Translations under genes and position numbers: made by a program
Assembly: GCA_024402715.1 (NCBI GenBank)
Contig: JAKSTF010000001.1
Coordinates: 6,757-70,756, forward strand
Direction of reading: 5' to 3'
DNA length: 64,000 bases
DNA from: Alphaproteobacteria bacterium
GTDB taxonomy: Bacteria; Pseudomonadota; Alphaproteobacteria; Rs-D84
In this document: piece by piece, positions 41,647 through 51,537 of the stretch
How positions within the stretch are numbered: the first letter of the stretch is position 1
How the letters are laid out: every line of letters starts with the position of its first letter
Notes under the pieces: generated by a model
Told to the model about the DNA's origin: nothing
The model's database searches: none
What the model saw: the letters and a program-made list of their open reading frames with translations, nothing else

Positions 41647-41716
41647 TTTAACAATTTCCTTGTTGTTTTTATATTGGACAATCGTTATTATAATCCTAAG
41701 AAAAAAGATTGCAAAT

Positions 41717-42487
41717 ATGAAAATACTGACTTTGAATATAAATTCTATACGGGCACATGCGGAAAGTTTCATTGAAATCCTGCGTAAGGCCGAATATGAC
41801 ACAATAATGGTCCAAGAATTAAAAGTGGAAACAGCCGCATTTCCACATAATCTGTTTGATGAATATGGGTATAACATAAAGGTTTTTGGCCAAAAAAGCT
41901 GGAATGGTGTTGCAACATTTTCAAAACATTCTATTGAAGATATAACGTTCGGAATGCCGAATTATACAGATGTTAATTCACGTTTTTTAGAATGTGTAAT
42001 TGATGGACGGGTGCGTTTTATTAATACGTATATGCCAAATGGGGATACGATTGATTCACCAAAGTTTCCATATAAAATGCAATGGATGCAGGCATTTGGT
42101 CAATATATTACCCAATACGCAAAGTCCGAAGAACCTGTTATAATCGGCGGTGATTTTAATGTTGCATTAACCGATGCGGATGTTTGGAAACCCGCAAATT
42201 ATATTGGTATCGCAATTGCAGCCCCCCAGGCCCGTAATGAAATGCAGCAATGGCTGAATGTCGGGTGGACAGACGTATGGCGTTATTTACATCCAACAGA
42301 CATTGATTATACATGGTACGGTTATCGTGGTGGGGACACCGTTGGTAAAAAAATGGGATTACGATTAGATTATTTTTTGGCAAATGCGGCCGCAATGAAA
42401 TTAATAAAAAATTGTGAAATTGATATAGCCCCGCGTTTAGCAACAAAACCAACAGATCATTGCGGTTTAATGTTGGAAATCAAATAA
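41717..42487 (+). CDS. xth: Exodeoxyribonuclease III
   Basis: MKILTLNINSIRA, QELK, GQKSWNGVA, YMPNG, GDFN, RLDY, TDH. Confidence 0.93.
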   Translation: MKILTLNINSIRAHAESFIEILRKAEYDTIMVQELKVETAAFPHNLFDEYGYNIKVFGQKSWNGVATFSKHSIEDITFGMPNYTDVNSRFLECVIDGRVRFINTYMPNGDTIDSPKFPYKMQWMQAFGQYITQYAKSEEPVIIGGDFNVALTDADVWKPANYIGIAIAAPQARNEMQQWLNVGWTDVWRYLHPTDIDYTWYGYRGGDTVGKKMGLRLDYFLANAAAMKLIKNCEIDIAPRLATKPTDHCGLMLEIK

Positions 42488-42499
42488 TTTTATTAATAT

Positions 42500-42538
42500 A
42501 AAAACATACCGCTCCTTCAATTTGGCGGTATGTTTTTT
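42500..42538. terminator. Bidirectional terminator
   Basis: AAAAACATACCGC..GCGGTATGTTTTTT between convergent genes. Confidence 0.75.
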
Positions 42539-42551
42539 CATTCGTTTTAAT

Positions 42552-42944
42552 TTATTGTCTTATTGATTGTAAATACGCAGATACACGTTTCAAATCGTTT
42601 TCTACATTTATCTTTTTTTCATCACGTTTTATAATATCCATCCGTTCAATAAGTAAACGTTCAATAGTATCAGTACTTCTTTTGGGTAATCTTATAAAAC
42701 CTTTACCATCTTGTAAATCTAAAACAAATACAGATTCTGAACTGTAGTAACGAATAGAGAACGCAGGTTTTTCGCCTATAACATCAATTTTATATTCATC
42801 TACATAATTATCTGAATATTTTTCTGTCTTTTTACTGATTTGCTTGGCATGCTCCAATAATCGTTCAACCATTGGCATCATTTCTTTATCCAACAAGTCT
42901 TCAACAGCATCAACACCGGCCCCGAATTTTTCTTTTTGATTCAT
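42552..42944 (-). CDS. Hypothetical protein
   Basis: 130-aa ORF with AGGGG RBS and upstream TTGACA..TAGAAT. Confidence 0.65.
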   Translation of the reverse strand: MNQKEKFGAGVDAVEDLLDKEMMPMVERLLEHAKQISKKTEKYSDNYVDEYKIDVIGEKPAFSIRYYSSESVFVLDLQDGKGFIRLPKRSTDTIERLLIERMDIIKRDEKKINVENDLKRVSAYLQSIRQ

Positions 42945-43014
42945 AATTTCCCCTTTGTTAAATTATATGTCACATATTCTATCAAAAAAAATTATTTGTC
43001 AATATTATTATACA

Positions 43015-45525
43015 CTAATCATTAACTCGGGCAAAATCATCATATCTTTTATATTTTTGGTCTGTATTTTTACGATATTCATATGGGGCGGTTCCTGCAG
43101 AATACATATTTATTAATTCTGTTGTTTTGTTAACCGCAGCATTAATCATCTGGGCTGTAGTTTCTGCATCATATTCAATTACACGAACATCTTTGTTTTT
43201 TAATTGTAAAATTTTCATAATCGGGGTTAACGAATGTGATGTTGACTTTATTTTAAATCCACCGTTTTGCATCATATATGCCTCTAATGGTAATTGTGGC
43301 ATATTTCCCAGCAACAACTGTTTTTCGGTTGGTGCAGCACCCGTTTTAATATCTAACACTACACCGTCCCAAATTCTGTCTGCACGGGCCCGAACACAAC
43401 GTCCAGCAATATTTACCGCCCCAGCAATTTCCGGATATCCACCATTGGCAGATAAAATTTTTGATACAACGGGGGCCATTTCAACAAATCGTTTATGCCA
43501 AAAATGAAAAACAATATTATCGCCCCCCAACAATTGTTTTGCCCGTTTATCCATTTCAGAAACCAGCGCAGTTGGTGAAAAATCACGTGCATGTTCAATA
43601 ACATCATGAACTAAATTTCCAAAATGACGCGCATCCGGTACTGTCCAATAATCATCCAACTGCCTCAAACGCAATATATGTTGAACATAAAAAACATACG
43701 GATTATGTATCAAATTCTCTAATTCCGTTACATAAACATCTGACCAATCAGCAGGTGGCGTTGGTGCGGAATAATCTAATAAATTTTGAGGGACATCGTC
43801 ACAGGCGCGCACCGTGTTCAATATATCATTTCCTGCACCTGTATCAAACGTTCCACCACGAACAATAACACGTGATAAAAAACGTGACTGTGTCGTTTGT
43901 ACACCACCCGACACACAACTGCGCAACCAATAAACCTGCGGTCCGCATGATAAATTTATAAAATCTAACGATTGTAATGAAACCTTACGATCGGGTAAAG
44001 GCAATCCTATTTGCATTGCTAGATTACGCGGTAACCACGAATTTTCATAACCCCGTGCAGGAAACATCCCTTCGTTTAACCCGGTCAAAATTACAACATC
44101 GGCCGTTTGCATACGTGATTCAATTGTCCCCAAGACAACAACAGATGCATTAGGATTCATGGCTGTACGCACACAAACACCACCAATTGCATCACATAAA
44201 AACGCCCGTGCATCGACCAATGTTAAATTTATCTTGGCACGATTAATGTATTCAGACATATCACGAATTGCACGCCAAATCTGAATTGATATATCATCGG
44301 CAACATCAAATGCAGGTGTAAATATTTCGTACATTGTTGATACCATATTAACAATCATTTTGAATAAATCATTTCCTGCATTCGAATATAATTTTTCAAA
44401 AACATCTGTTTTATTTTCATCAATCCAATTATCAAAAACATTTAATATCGCACGACCAGCCAGTGTCGCTGTTCCAGATATTCCACCAGAAAAATCTGCG
44501 CTAATATTTCGTGCCGCCAAAGCGGTGGCAATACGCTGATTACCGGCGGCATCTGGTGTTATTACTAAAACCCGTTTCCCGTTATTTATTGCACGTTGCG
44601 AAATTTCTGCAACGACGGCGGCTTCTTCTGATTCGCGTGCGCATTCAATTAAATGACAATGTGATACATCATGACCATTATCGGGGTGATTTGTGTTATT
44701 TCCAAATGTATACGTTAAAAAATCAACTGCCGACGGCCCAACATCAATCAATCTAACCTCATCTGGACTTACACCAATAGATGTTAAAAATTTATATTCT
44801 GAATTATACGGATTTGTATCACGCAAAAAATCATTTGTATCGCCAGCAATATGTCCAGGCAAAATTATACGTCCATGTTGGCATGCAGCAATTGCACGCA
44901 TCAAATCTGCTGTGGCAGGAACACTGGCCGTTGACGCACAAACAACAACTAATCCAAAATCGTTTAATCGCGGTATCCATTCACGAATTCCTTTGTTTCT
45001 GGCCATAGATGTTGTTATACGATTTGCAGAATATGCCGGTAATACCCGGGTTAAAATATTTAATAAACTTGCTTTGTGATGAAAATGCGCTGCATAACGT
45101 TCATCTATCAATGCCCCCCAATCAATCGTTGATGCATCAATCCCTTCGTTTTCTAAATAATCTGTCATACGAACCAAATCACGTGCCAACGGTAACGCCC
45201 CAGCCAAATTTCCAACCGATGCATCCGCTGCTAACAAATGCGACAAAATAACGCAACGTTCTGTATTTGATATTATTTCATTTGTTGAAATATCTGTCTG
45301 CTCTTCATCATCAACACCTTCGCCAAGTGCATATAAGTGTGGTAATATTAATGCCCCACCAAATTTTTCAACCAACATTTGTTCGACGGTACGTACGGCA
45401 CGACGTGACGGTAAAAATATCAACATATCTGATATGTTCACATCACTGGTCGAAATTATTTGCCATAACGCCGATGCCATGCGTGCAGGATTTGATACAC
45501 AAAAAATATTATTATTTGATGCCAA
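43015..45525 (-). CDS. addB: AddB-like double-strand break repair protein (PD-(D/E)xK nuclease)
   Basis: IFLPSRRAVR, GTIESRMQ..GLNEG, NPY..LRL, ARADRI..DIKTG..PQLPLEA. Confidence 0.88.
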   Translation of the reverse strand: MASNNNIFCVSNPARMASALWQIISTSDVNISDMLIFLPSRRAVRTVEQMLVEKFGGALILPHLYALGEGVDDEEQTDISTNEIISNTERCVILSHLLAADASVGNLAGALPLARDLVRMTDYLENEGIDASTIDWGALIDERYAAHFHHKASLLNILTRVLPAYSANRITTSMARNKGIREWIPRLNDFGLVVVCASTASVPATADLMRAIAACQHGRIILPGHIAGDTNDFLRDTNPYNSEYKFLTSIGVSPDEVRLIDVGPSAVDFLTYTFGNNTNHPDNGHDVSHCHLIECARESEEAAVVAEISQRAINNGKRVLVITPDAAGNQRIATALAARNISADFSGGISGTATLAGRAILNVFDNWIDENKTDVFEKLYSNAGNDLFKMIVNMVSTMYEIFTPAFDVADDISIQIWRAIRDMSEYINRAKINLTLVDARAFLCDAIGGVCVRTAMNPNASVVVLGTIESRMQTADVVILTGLNEGMFPARGYENSWLPRNLAMQIGLPLPDRKVSLQSLDFINLSCGPQVYWLRSCVSGGVQTTQSRFLSRVIVRGGTFDTGAGNDILNTVRACDDVPQNLLDYSAPTPPADWSDVYVTELENLIHNPYVFYVQHILRLRQLDDYWTVPDARHFGNLVHDVIEHARDFSPTALVSEMDKRAKQLLGGDNIVFHFWHKRFVEMAPVVSKILSANGGYPEIAGAVNIAGRCVRARADRIWDGVVLDIKTGAAPTEKQLLLGNMPQLPLEAYMMQNGGFKIKSTSHSLTPIMKILQLKNKDVRVIEYDAETTAQMINAAVNKTTELINMYSAGTAPYEYRKNTDQKYKRYDDFARVND

Positions 45526-46069
45526 GTGTTTTCCTTATACTGTCAAGACCAGTCTTTTTTTCTGCAGATGTTTCCAAAATTTCTGGAATCATCGCACCAT
45601 GATTTTCATGCGACAAGACTGTTTGCTCTTGTTCGCGAATGCGTTTATCTTTCTTGGTATAAACAATTTGGTATGGAATCGCACGTATATCACAAAAATC
45701 CATCAAATCTAAATCCGCATCACGTGGCCCTATACGTGAATCAATTAAAATAAATAATCTGCGCAATTGACGACGTGTTGTTAAATATTCTTCCAGTCTA
45801 GCCAACCACCGCATTGCATTTGTCCGCGATACCCTAGCATAGCCGTATCCCGGCAAATCAACAATCATTACACGATCATCAATATTAAATAAATTCAGTG
45901 TCTGTGTCCGCCCAGGTGTATTTGATGTGCGTGCAATCGGTACTGCTACAATCGCATTTATCAACGAAGATTTTCCAACATTACTACGCCCAATAAATGC
46001 ATATTCTGCAAATTGCGTATTTGGTAAATCAAGAACTTTATCAAACCCACCAACAAATTTAATCATCAT
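45512..46069 (-). CDS. engB: Ribosome biogenesis GTPase YihA/EngB
   Basis: GRSNVGKSSLIN, TPGRTQ, DLPGYGYA, TKKDK. Confidence 0.93.
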   Translation of the reverse strand: MMIKFVGGFDKVLDLPNTQFAEYAFIGRSNVGKSSLINAIVAVPIARTSNTPGRTQTLNLFNIDDRVMIVDLPGYGYARVSRTNAMRWLARLEEYLTTRRQLRRLFILIDSRIGPRDADLDLMDFCDIRAIPYQIVYTKKDKRIREQEQTVLSHENHGAMIPEILETSAEKKTGLDSIRKTLGIK

Positions 46070-46859
46070 TCCCCCCACGCTTCAACATTCGCTTGTACGC
46101 TTCCTTTTTTGATATACCGGTACGTATTGCTAAATCTGCAGCTGCGGCCTTGGTCGAACTATTTACAATATCATTAACAATTCCGGCAATTTCACTGTCT
46201 GACATTTTATGTTCTGGGGCCGGTGCAACAACAATCACAATTTCACCACGCGGTGGTTCAATCTGCAACAAATCCGCCGGATAGCCAACAATTGTCTGTT
46301 CGTGAATTTTTGTTATTTCACGAACAATTGCAATCTGACGTTCCGGCATTATACGTGCCATCGCTGCAATTGTTGACATAATCCGATTTGGACTTTCATA
46401 ATAAATAATCGTATGCCTAATTCTGTTGTCTTCGCGTAATTTTTTTTCATCAAAAAAACCACAAAACGTAAAACGATCTGTTGGAAAGCCAGATAAAACC
46501 AATGCAGAAATTGCAGCCACTGGACCTGGCACAACAAAAACATGGATATCATTTTCACGTGCAGCACGAACCAAGCGAAAACCTGGATCACTGACCCCAG
46601 GCATTCCCGCATCAGATACCACAGCAACCGACTTTCCGGATTGTAATTTTTCAATTAATTCTGGAACGACATCCCGCTCATTATGTTCATGACATGAAAT
46701 GCGTGGGGTTTTGATATCAAAATGTGATGCCAATTTTCCAAAAACACGCGTATCTTCTGCGGCAATTAAATCTACACTACGTAATATCTCTATCGCACGT
46801 GAAGACATATCAGATAAATTTCCAATTGGTGTTCCAACAATATAAAGCCCTGATTGCAT
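46059..46859 (-). CDS. rsmI: 16S rRNA C1402 2'-O-methyltransferase RsmI
   Basis: LYIVGTPIGNL, AEDTR, SDAGMPGVSDPG, YESPNR, REITKIHE. Confidence 0.96.
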   Translation of the reverse strand: MQSGLYIVGTPIGNLSDMSSRAIEILRSVDLIAAEDTRVFGKLASHFDIKTPRISCHEHNERDVVPELIEKLQSGKSVAVVSDAGMPGVSDPGFRLVRAARENDIHVFVVPGPVAAISALVLSGFPTDRFTFCGFFDEKKLREDNRIRHTIIYYESPNRIMSTIAAMARIMPERQIAIVREITKIHEQTIVGYPADLLQIEPPRGEIVIVVAPAPEHKMSDSEIAGIVNDIVNSSTKAAAADLAIRTGISKKEAYKRMLKRGGNDD

Positions 46860-46896
46860 TTATTATCCTTTTGTAGTAAAATAATACAAAATAAGA

Positions 46897-48495
46897 ATGG
46901 ATTTTTCAATGTATATAAACAGATTTTTTGGTATTTGCATGGCTTTTGGATTGGTCGCATGCGGTGGACATAATAAAAATTGGACCGATCAATACGGAAA
47001 GTATGATCCTAACACGGCGACAGAGCCCAATGCCGCATTGTACGGAACGTATACGGCCGAAAAAAACTCAAATAAAACGCATAAAATAGCGGCAATTTTA
47101 CCATTAAGTGGCAAAAATGCATCCGTAGGTAAAATAATACGTACCTCTATAGAAACTGCAGCACTACAAAGTGCCCCAAATAATCTGAATATCAAATTTT
47201 ATGACAGCACATCTGATGAATCAATGCAAACAGCCATAATGGATAAACCAGAAATAATAATTGGACCGGTTTTTGCCGGTAATGTCCGTTTATTGCATGA
47301 AATTAAATTGCCAGATACACCGGTATTGTCGTTTACATCAGATGCAACCGCCATTGGTGATGGCGTTATGACAATGGCATTAATGCCCACCAACAGTATT
47401 GAAGCAATTGTCAAAGAAATGCAAACAGATAAAATAGATAACTTTATTGTTTTGGCACCAGATACAGAATCCGGCCGGTTGATGGCGGGTGCCGCAAAAA
47501 AATTAGCTGCGGATAAAAATATGGTTTTATCTGGTATATTTTATTACAAAGAAAATAATTCAGAATCTATTAAAAATGTAACATTTAATGCAACTATAAA
47601 TGAAGCACGCACGGCGGCCAATACACGCGCATTGGAAATATTATCTGATATATTAACCAAGGAAGATTTAAGTGTAGCTGAAAAGTTATCTTTAACAGAC
47701 CAATTGGACAAACTGTCAAAATCTGACACCCTTGGGAAATTACCATTCAATGCCATTTTGTTTTTAGGTAATGCATCCGACACAAAATCACTGGCATCAT
47801 TTTTACGATATTATGGAATCAACATGCATGACGCAAAATTTTATGGCACTGCAATGTGGGATGGAACGGATATAGCCAATGATATAACAATGTCTGGTGC
47901 AAAATATGCAGCATTACCGGAAATATCAACATGGTTTACCGAACAATATCAATTAATATCTGGAGACACACCAAATCACCTGTCGGCATTTGGTTATGAT
48001 GCAACAAATATGGCGATTGGTATGTTGTATTCTAAAAAAAATAACGCAGAATATTTGTTAAACCCCAGTGGGTATTTAACATCTGCCGGATTGGTACGTT
48101 TGCGTCCAAACGGTGACAGCGAACGTGGGTTACGAATAATGGAATTAAATGGTACAGGAACACCGCACGTAGTCCGTAGTGCTGCAAAAAATTTCATAAA
48201 ACCAATGTATACCATTGATTCACGTCATATAACCCCAGCACTTTCTATGCCATTGCAAACAAATGGTATTAATCCGATGGATTATATCCGCATTCCAGAC
48301 CGTTTTAAGGCACTCTATAAATCAAAAACATTTGGAACCAATATGAAGTCGGGTGTTATTCAACCACCAATCCAAGAAAACATAGTAATATTACCTGAAG
48401 ATGACAGTGACACAATCATGTCACCAGATTTTCAACCAGTATCCACCGAAAAGATTAATAAAACCTATATTGATTCTGTTGAAATTTCTGAATAA
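46897..48495 (+). CDS. LpoA/LppC-like penicillin-binding protein activator lipoprotein
   Basis: Lipobox LVAC; IAAILPLSG, IIGPVF, AFGYDA; divergent from rsmI as in the conserved rsmI/lpoA arrangement. Confidence 0.75.
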   Translation: MDFSMYINRFFGICMAFGLVACGGHNKNWTDQYGKYDPNTATEPNAALYGTYTAEKNSNKTHKIAAILPLSGKNASVGKIIRTSIETAALQSAPNNLNIKFYDSTSDESMQTAIMDKPEIIIGPVFAGNVRLLHEIKLPDTPVLSFTSDATAIGDGVMTMALMPTNSIEAIVKEMQTDKIDNFIVLAPDTESGRLMAGAAKKLAADKNMVLSGIFYYKENNSESIKNVTFNATINEARTAANTRALEILSDILTKEDLSVAEKLSLTDQLDKLSKSDTLGKLPFNAILFLGNASDTKSLASFLRYYGINMHDAKFYGTAMWDGTDIANDITMSGAKYAALPEISTWFTEQYQLISGDTPNHLSAFGYDATNMAIGMLYSKKNNAEYLLNPSGYLTSAGLVRLRPNGDSERGLRIMELNGTGTPHVVRSAAKNFIKPMYTIDSRHITPALSMPLQTNGINPMDYIRIPDRFKALYKSKTFGTNMKSGVIQPPIQENIVILPEDDSDTIMSPDFQPVSTEKINKTYIDSVEISE

Positions 48496-48521
48496 AAATA
48501 CCGGCAAATGCCGGTATTTTT
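48494..48521. terminator. Bidirectional terminator, identical to 40039-40066
   Basis: AAAAATACCGGC-AAAT-GCCGGTATTTTT. Confidence 0.85.
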
Positions 48522-48533
48522 ATTAAAAACATT

Positions 48534-49130
48534 TTATATTTCATATACAAATATTTGGTGCGGGTATTTTATTCCGCGATATTTTGTCCAACCGGACTTC
48601 AGTTTAATTACACGCACAGGTTGTAAATCCGGTATTTCAAAATCCATAGAAATTATCACATTTATTTTATTTTTATATTTTGCCAAACATTTGGTTATAT
48701 CTGGACCCAAATAAGCAACTGCAATGTCATATTTTTTATTTGTATGTTCTAAATATTTAAATACATCCCCCCAATGCGTTCGCACGGGCAATACAAAAAA
48801 TAAATGATCTAATACGGTTGAAACAAATGCTGTAAACGGCATATTTTCCACAGCATCAACGTTACAATTACAATGTCGTGCAATATAACGGGCCGCCCCC
48901 CCAAAACCAGAACCAGCTTCAATAATATTTTTTGTATTTGGATAATGCATTTTAATTTCTTTGACCAGGGTCCTGCGTAATTTAGAAACACTGGGAACAA
49001 ATGGCGGTTGATGACGCACATTGGCACAAATAAAATATTCCAAAAATTTCAATCCTAGATATAAATCTAAGAAAAAGAAACTGATTAATAAAATATATAT
49101 AAATGTTACCATATGGTATATTATTAACAT
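48534..49130 (-). CDS. Membrane-anchored class I SAM-dependent methyltransferase
   Basis: N-terminal TM, PPFVPS, IIEAGSGFG motif I, AVEN, AVAYL. Confidence 0.75.
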   Translation of the reverse strand: MLIIYHMVTFIYILLISFFFLDLYLGLKFLEYFICANVRHQPPFVPSVSKLRRTLVKEIKMHYPNTKNIIEAGSGFGGAARYIARHCNCNVDAVENMPFTAFVSTVLDHLFFVLPVRTHWGDVFKYLEHTNKKYDIAVAYLGPDITKCLAKYKNKINVIISMDFEIPDLQPVRVIKLKSGWTKYRGIKYPHQIFVYEI

Positions 49131-49202
49131 AATCCAATTAATAAATTCAAGAGATAAAACACCAATTTTTTCAATTCGAATTGATATAGCTAATACAAAC
49201 CA

Positions 49203-50267
49203 TTAACTATTTACCATATTTTTTATCATAAATTCTAATCCACAACCATTTACAAAATAATTATTGGGATATCTTTTCAAATTTTGTAATATATGCGAAT
49301 ATTGATGTTCGTGTTTGTTTTTAGTATTTCCTGTTGTAATATCAGAATCCATATAATCAGATATATCAATAGTATTAAATTCATTATCAATATTTGATAT
49401 ATTGTTATCTGCTGCTAATGCTTTAATAAAATTCCCCTGTAAGCACGAAACATAGTGTATATTTGGCTGTTCTTCTGTTTGATTTATAAAATTTATAATC
49501 TCATTTATCGCTTCATTTTGACTGCCCCCATCACCATTTGTCATTTTATGTTCAATAATAAAAAATTCATTGTTACATTTTAACAGTAAATCTGGATATT
49601 TATTATCACGAGCTGTGGCAAAAATAAATTTAATATTTTTATATTTTATAAAAGATTTAAATAATTGCTTACCATCCTTATCAGGCAAAATATAACACCT
49701 GGGAGCTGATAATAAATTTTCAAGCGTTTCTGTTTTTTTAAATCCCAATGAGGATATAACTGTTTCAACTTTTTGAATACCAGTTTTTCCATTCCGCCTT
49801 GCCGACGCTACATCCGACATAACCTGTAATATTTGGTCAGAATATCCATAAGATAAATACATATCGTGTCTATTTGTTAAATACATATCTAGTATCTGTG
49901 TTAACAAATCTATCTTGTCATCAAGCGTCATTTGTTTTTGTTCAGTTTGATATGCCGAATACGAGTATTTTAATACCTGAAAATATACGCAGAATGCTGA
50001 ATAATTTATCAATTTAACATTATCAAGTATTTCAATAATTTCTAATATTATTTTTCGTATTGAATTATCGTGTTTATAATCATTTTGAGAGCATAATACT
50101 TTATATGCGGTTATCAATTCAACCAGTCTATTATTGGCAATTTGTAATTCTTTCGGTTGCAATTCGCTGTTTTTTGAAACGACCTCTACACCCGCAGGAT
50201 TAGAAAAATCTATAATTTTATCAGCATTATATAAACTATACTTAAAATATTCTATATTAGGTCGCAT
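49203..50267 (-). CDS. Putative Type II restriction endonuclease (PD-(D/E)xK)
   Basis: YPDLLLK..IIEHK catalytic-like motif; overlaps the upstream MTase by 16 bp; very AT-rich. Confidence 0.7.
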   Translation of the reverse strand: MRPNIEYFKYSLYNADKIIDFSNPAGVEVVSKNSELQPKELQIANNRLVELITAYKVLCSQNDYKHDNSIRKIILEIIEILDNVKLINYSAFCVYFQVLKYSYSAYQTEQKQMTLDDKIDLLTQILDMYLTNRHDMYLSYGYSDQILQVMSDVASARRNGKTGIQKVETVISSLGFKKTETLENLLSAPRCYILPDKDGKQLFKSFIKYKNIKFIFATARDNKYPDLLLKCNNEFFIIEHKMTNGDGGSQNEAINEIINFINQTEEQPNIHYVSCLQGNFIKALAADNNISNIDNEFNTIDISDYMDSDITTGNTKNKHEHQYSHILQNLKRYPNNYFVNGCGLEFMIKNMVNS

Positions 50268-51268
50268 ATTTCAGTCCCTTCTTTTTGCATTAAATCGTCA
50301 TATACATTTTCCAAAATTGCTCGAACCAATCTAAAATCTATCCTTCGACGCCGAATACCACTTTTTGTATTCCCTTTAAATGCTGTTAATGCTAAATCTG
50401 CCGATTTTTCACGAATTTCTTGAATTTTATTATTTAAATTCTTTATAAATTTACATTTTAAATTTTCTGGAACATCCATATTTATTAAAGTGATATGTCT
50501 AGAAGATACTTTTATATTGTTTTCCCAGTCATAGTTCATATCATCTTTTAAAGCGAAACATATTTTATTTTTATCATTGCTGCTATCAACAGCACGCAAT
50601 CCCAACCATCCATTTAAATCATTAAATGTGATTTTGATATTATTTTTCGGCTCTAAACGAGAATTATAAACATCATCCAAAGTAGATATTAATGTATCAT
50701 TTTTATAAATCTTTATTTCTTTTTGACTTTTAGGGTTTCCATCAAAACACACAACACAAACCGGTGTTTCTGTATCTATGAATGGATTTTCTTCTAACAC
50801 TGTTATGGAATGTAATAAGTTCTTATGTAAAAAACTCGAATTGATAAAACTTTCTGGGATTATTGCTATCACGTATTTTTGTGCTTTCAGCATATTTTCC
50901 AAAGCCAACAAATAAACATCGTCGTAAATCGTATTTTGAAAATATTTTGATAAATCTATTTTTTTTCTAGAAGCAGATTGTTTTGCAAGATATGGTGGAT
51001 TTGTTATTATTATAGCATTTTTTATGTATGGTATTTTTTCAAGGCTATCGTTATGTTGCCATCCAAATTGGTCATCTATATCTAGACCTGTCATTGTAAA
51101 ATTAATTGGATTCAAAGCACTAACGGTTTTCAATAATTCACCAGTTCCCGCAAAGGGGTCATATATCACATTGCATTTACTTTCATATATAAAATTTTCA
51201 ATGTGTTTTTTTAACCACAAAGGATTAACTGTAAAAAATTGTCCTAATTCTGTCTTTTTATTCGCCAT
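50252..51268 (-). CDS. Amino (N6-adenine type) DNA methyltransferase
   Basis: LGQFFT (motif X), YDPFAGTG (motif I), IITNPPY (motif IV). Confidence 0.88.
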   Translation of the reverse strand: MANKKTELGQFFTVNPLWLKKHIENFIYESKCNVIYDPFAGTGELLKTVSALNPINFTMTGLDIDDQFGWQHNDSLEKIPYIKNAIIITNPPYLAKQSASRKKIDLSKYFQNTIYDDVYLLALENMLKAQKYVIAIIPESFINSSFLHKNLLHSITVLEENPFIDTETPVCVVCFDGNPKSQKEIKIYKNDTLISTLDDVYNSRLEPKNNIKITFNDLNGWLGLRAVDSSNDKNKICFALKDDMNYDWENNIKVSSRHITLINMDVPENLKCKFIKNLNNKIQEIREKSADLALTAFKGNTKSGIRRRRIDFRLVRAILENVYDDLMQKEGTEICDLI

Positions 51269-51283
51269 GACTAAAATCTTTGT

Positions 51284-51502
51284 AAAAAAACCGCCCCAAT
51301 AGAGAGCGGTCGGGTATCTTCAAGGTCATATAGCGAATGACTTCCGTTGCCTTCGGACAAAATCCTATTGTATAACAACAGATAACCCGACCATTAGTCA
51401 GGCATTAACGATGCGAATGCATCATTTACGAAATAGATTACGATGCAATTCGCACCGCGCTATATGGGTCTTGAAAACCCGAAACCAATTCCCATTGGAT
51501 TC
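51284..51502 (-). ncRNA. Structured 5' leader RNA, copy 2 (C4/CI-like antisense attenuator candidate) ending in an intrinsic terminator
   Basis: Homologous to 16065-16292; same stems built from different sequence; terminator CCGCTC..GGGCGG followed by U7, 15 nt before the MTase ATG. Confidence 0.8.
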
Positions 51503-51509
51503 AGTAATT

Positions 51510-51537
51510 ATTTTACATCAAACAGTTATAAAATCAA
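51510..51537 (-). promoter_or_regulatory. Promoter for leader copy 2
   Basis: TTGATT-16 bp-TAAAAT, 7 nt before the conserved GAATCC. Confidence 0.5.

Noticed and set aside
41647-41877. N-terminal extensions causing overlap of the acyl-CoA ligase and xth ORFs
   Set aside because: Homology-consistent starts are 41646 and 41717, leaving a normal divergent intergenic region.
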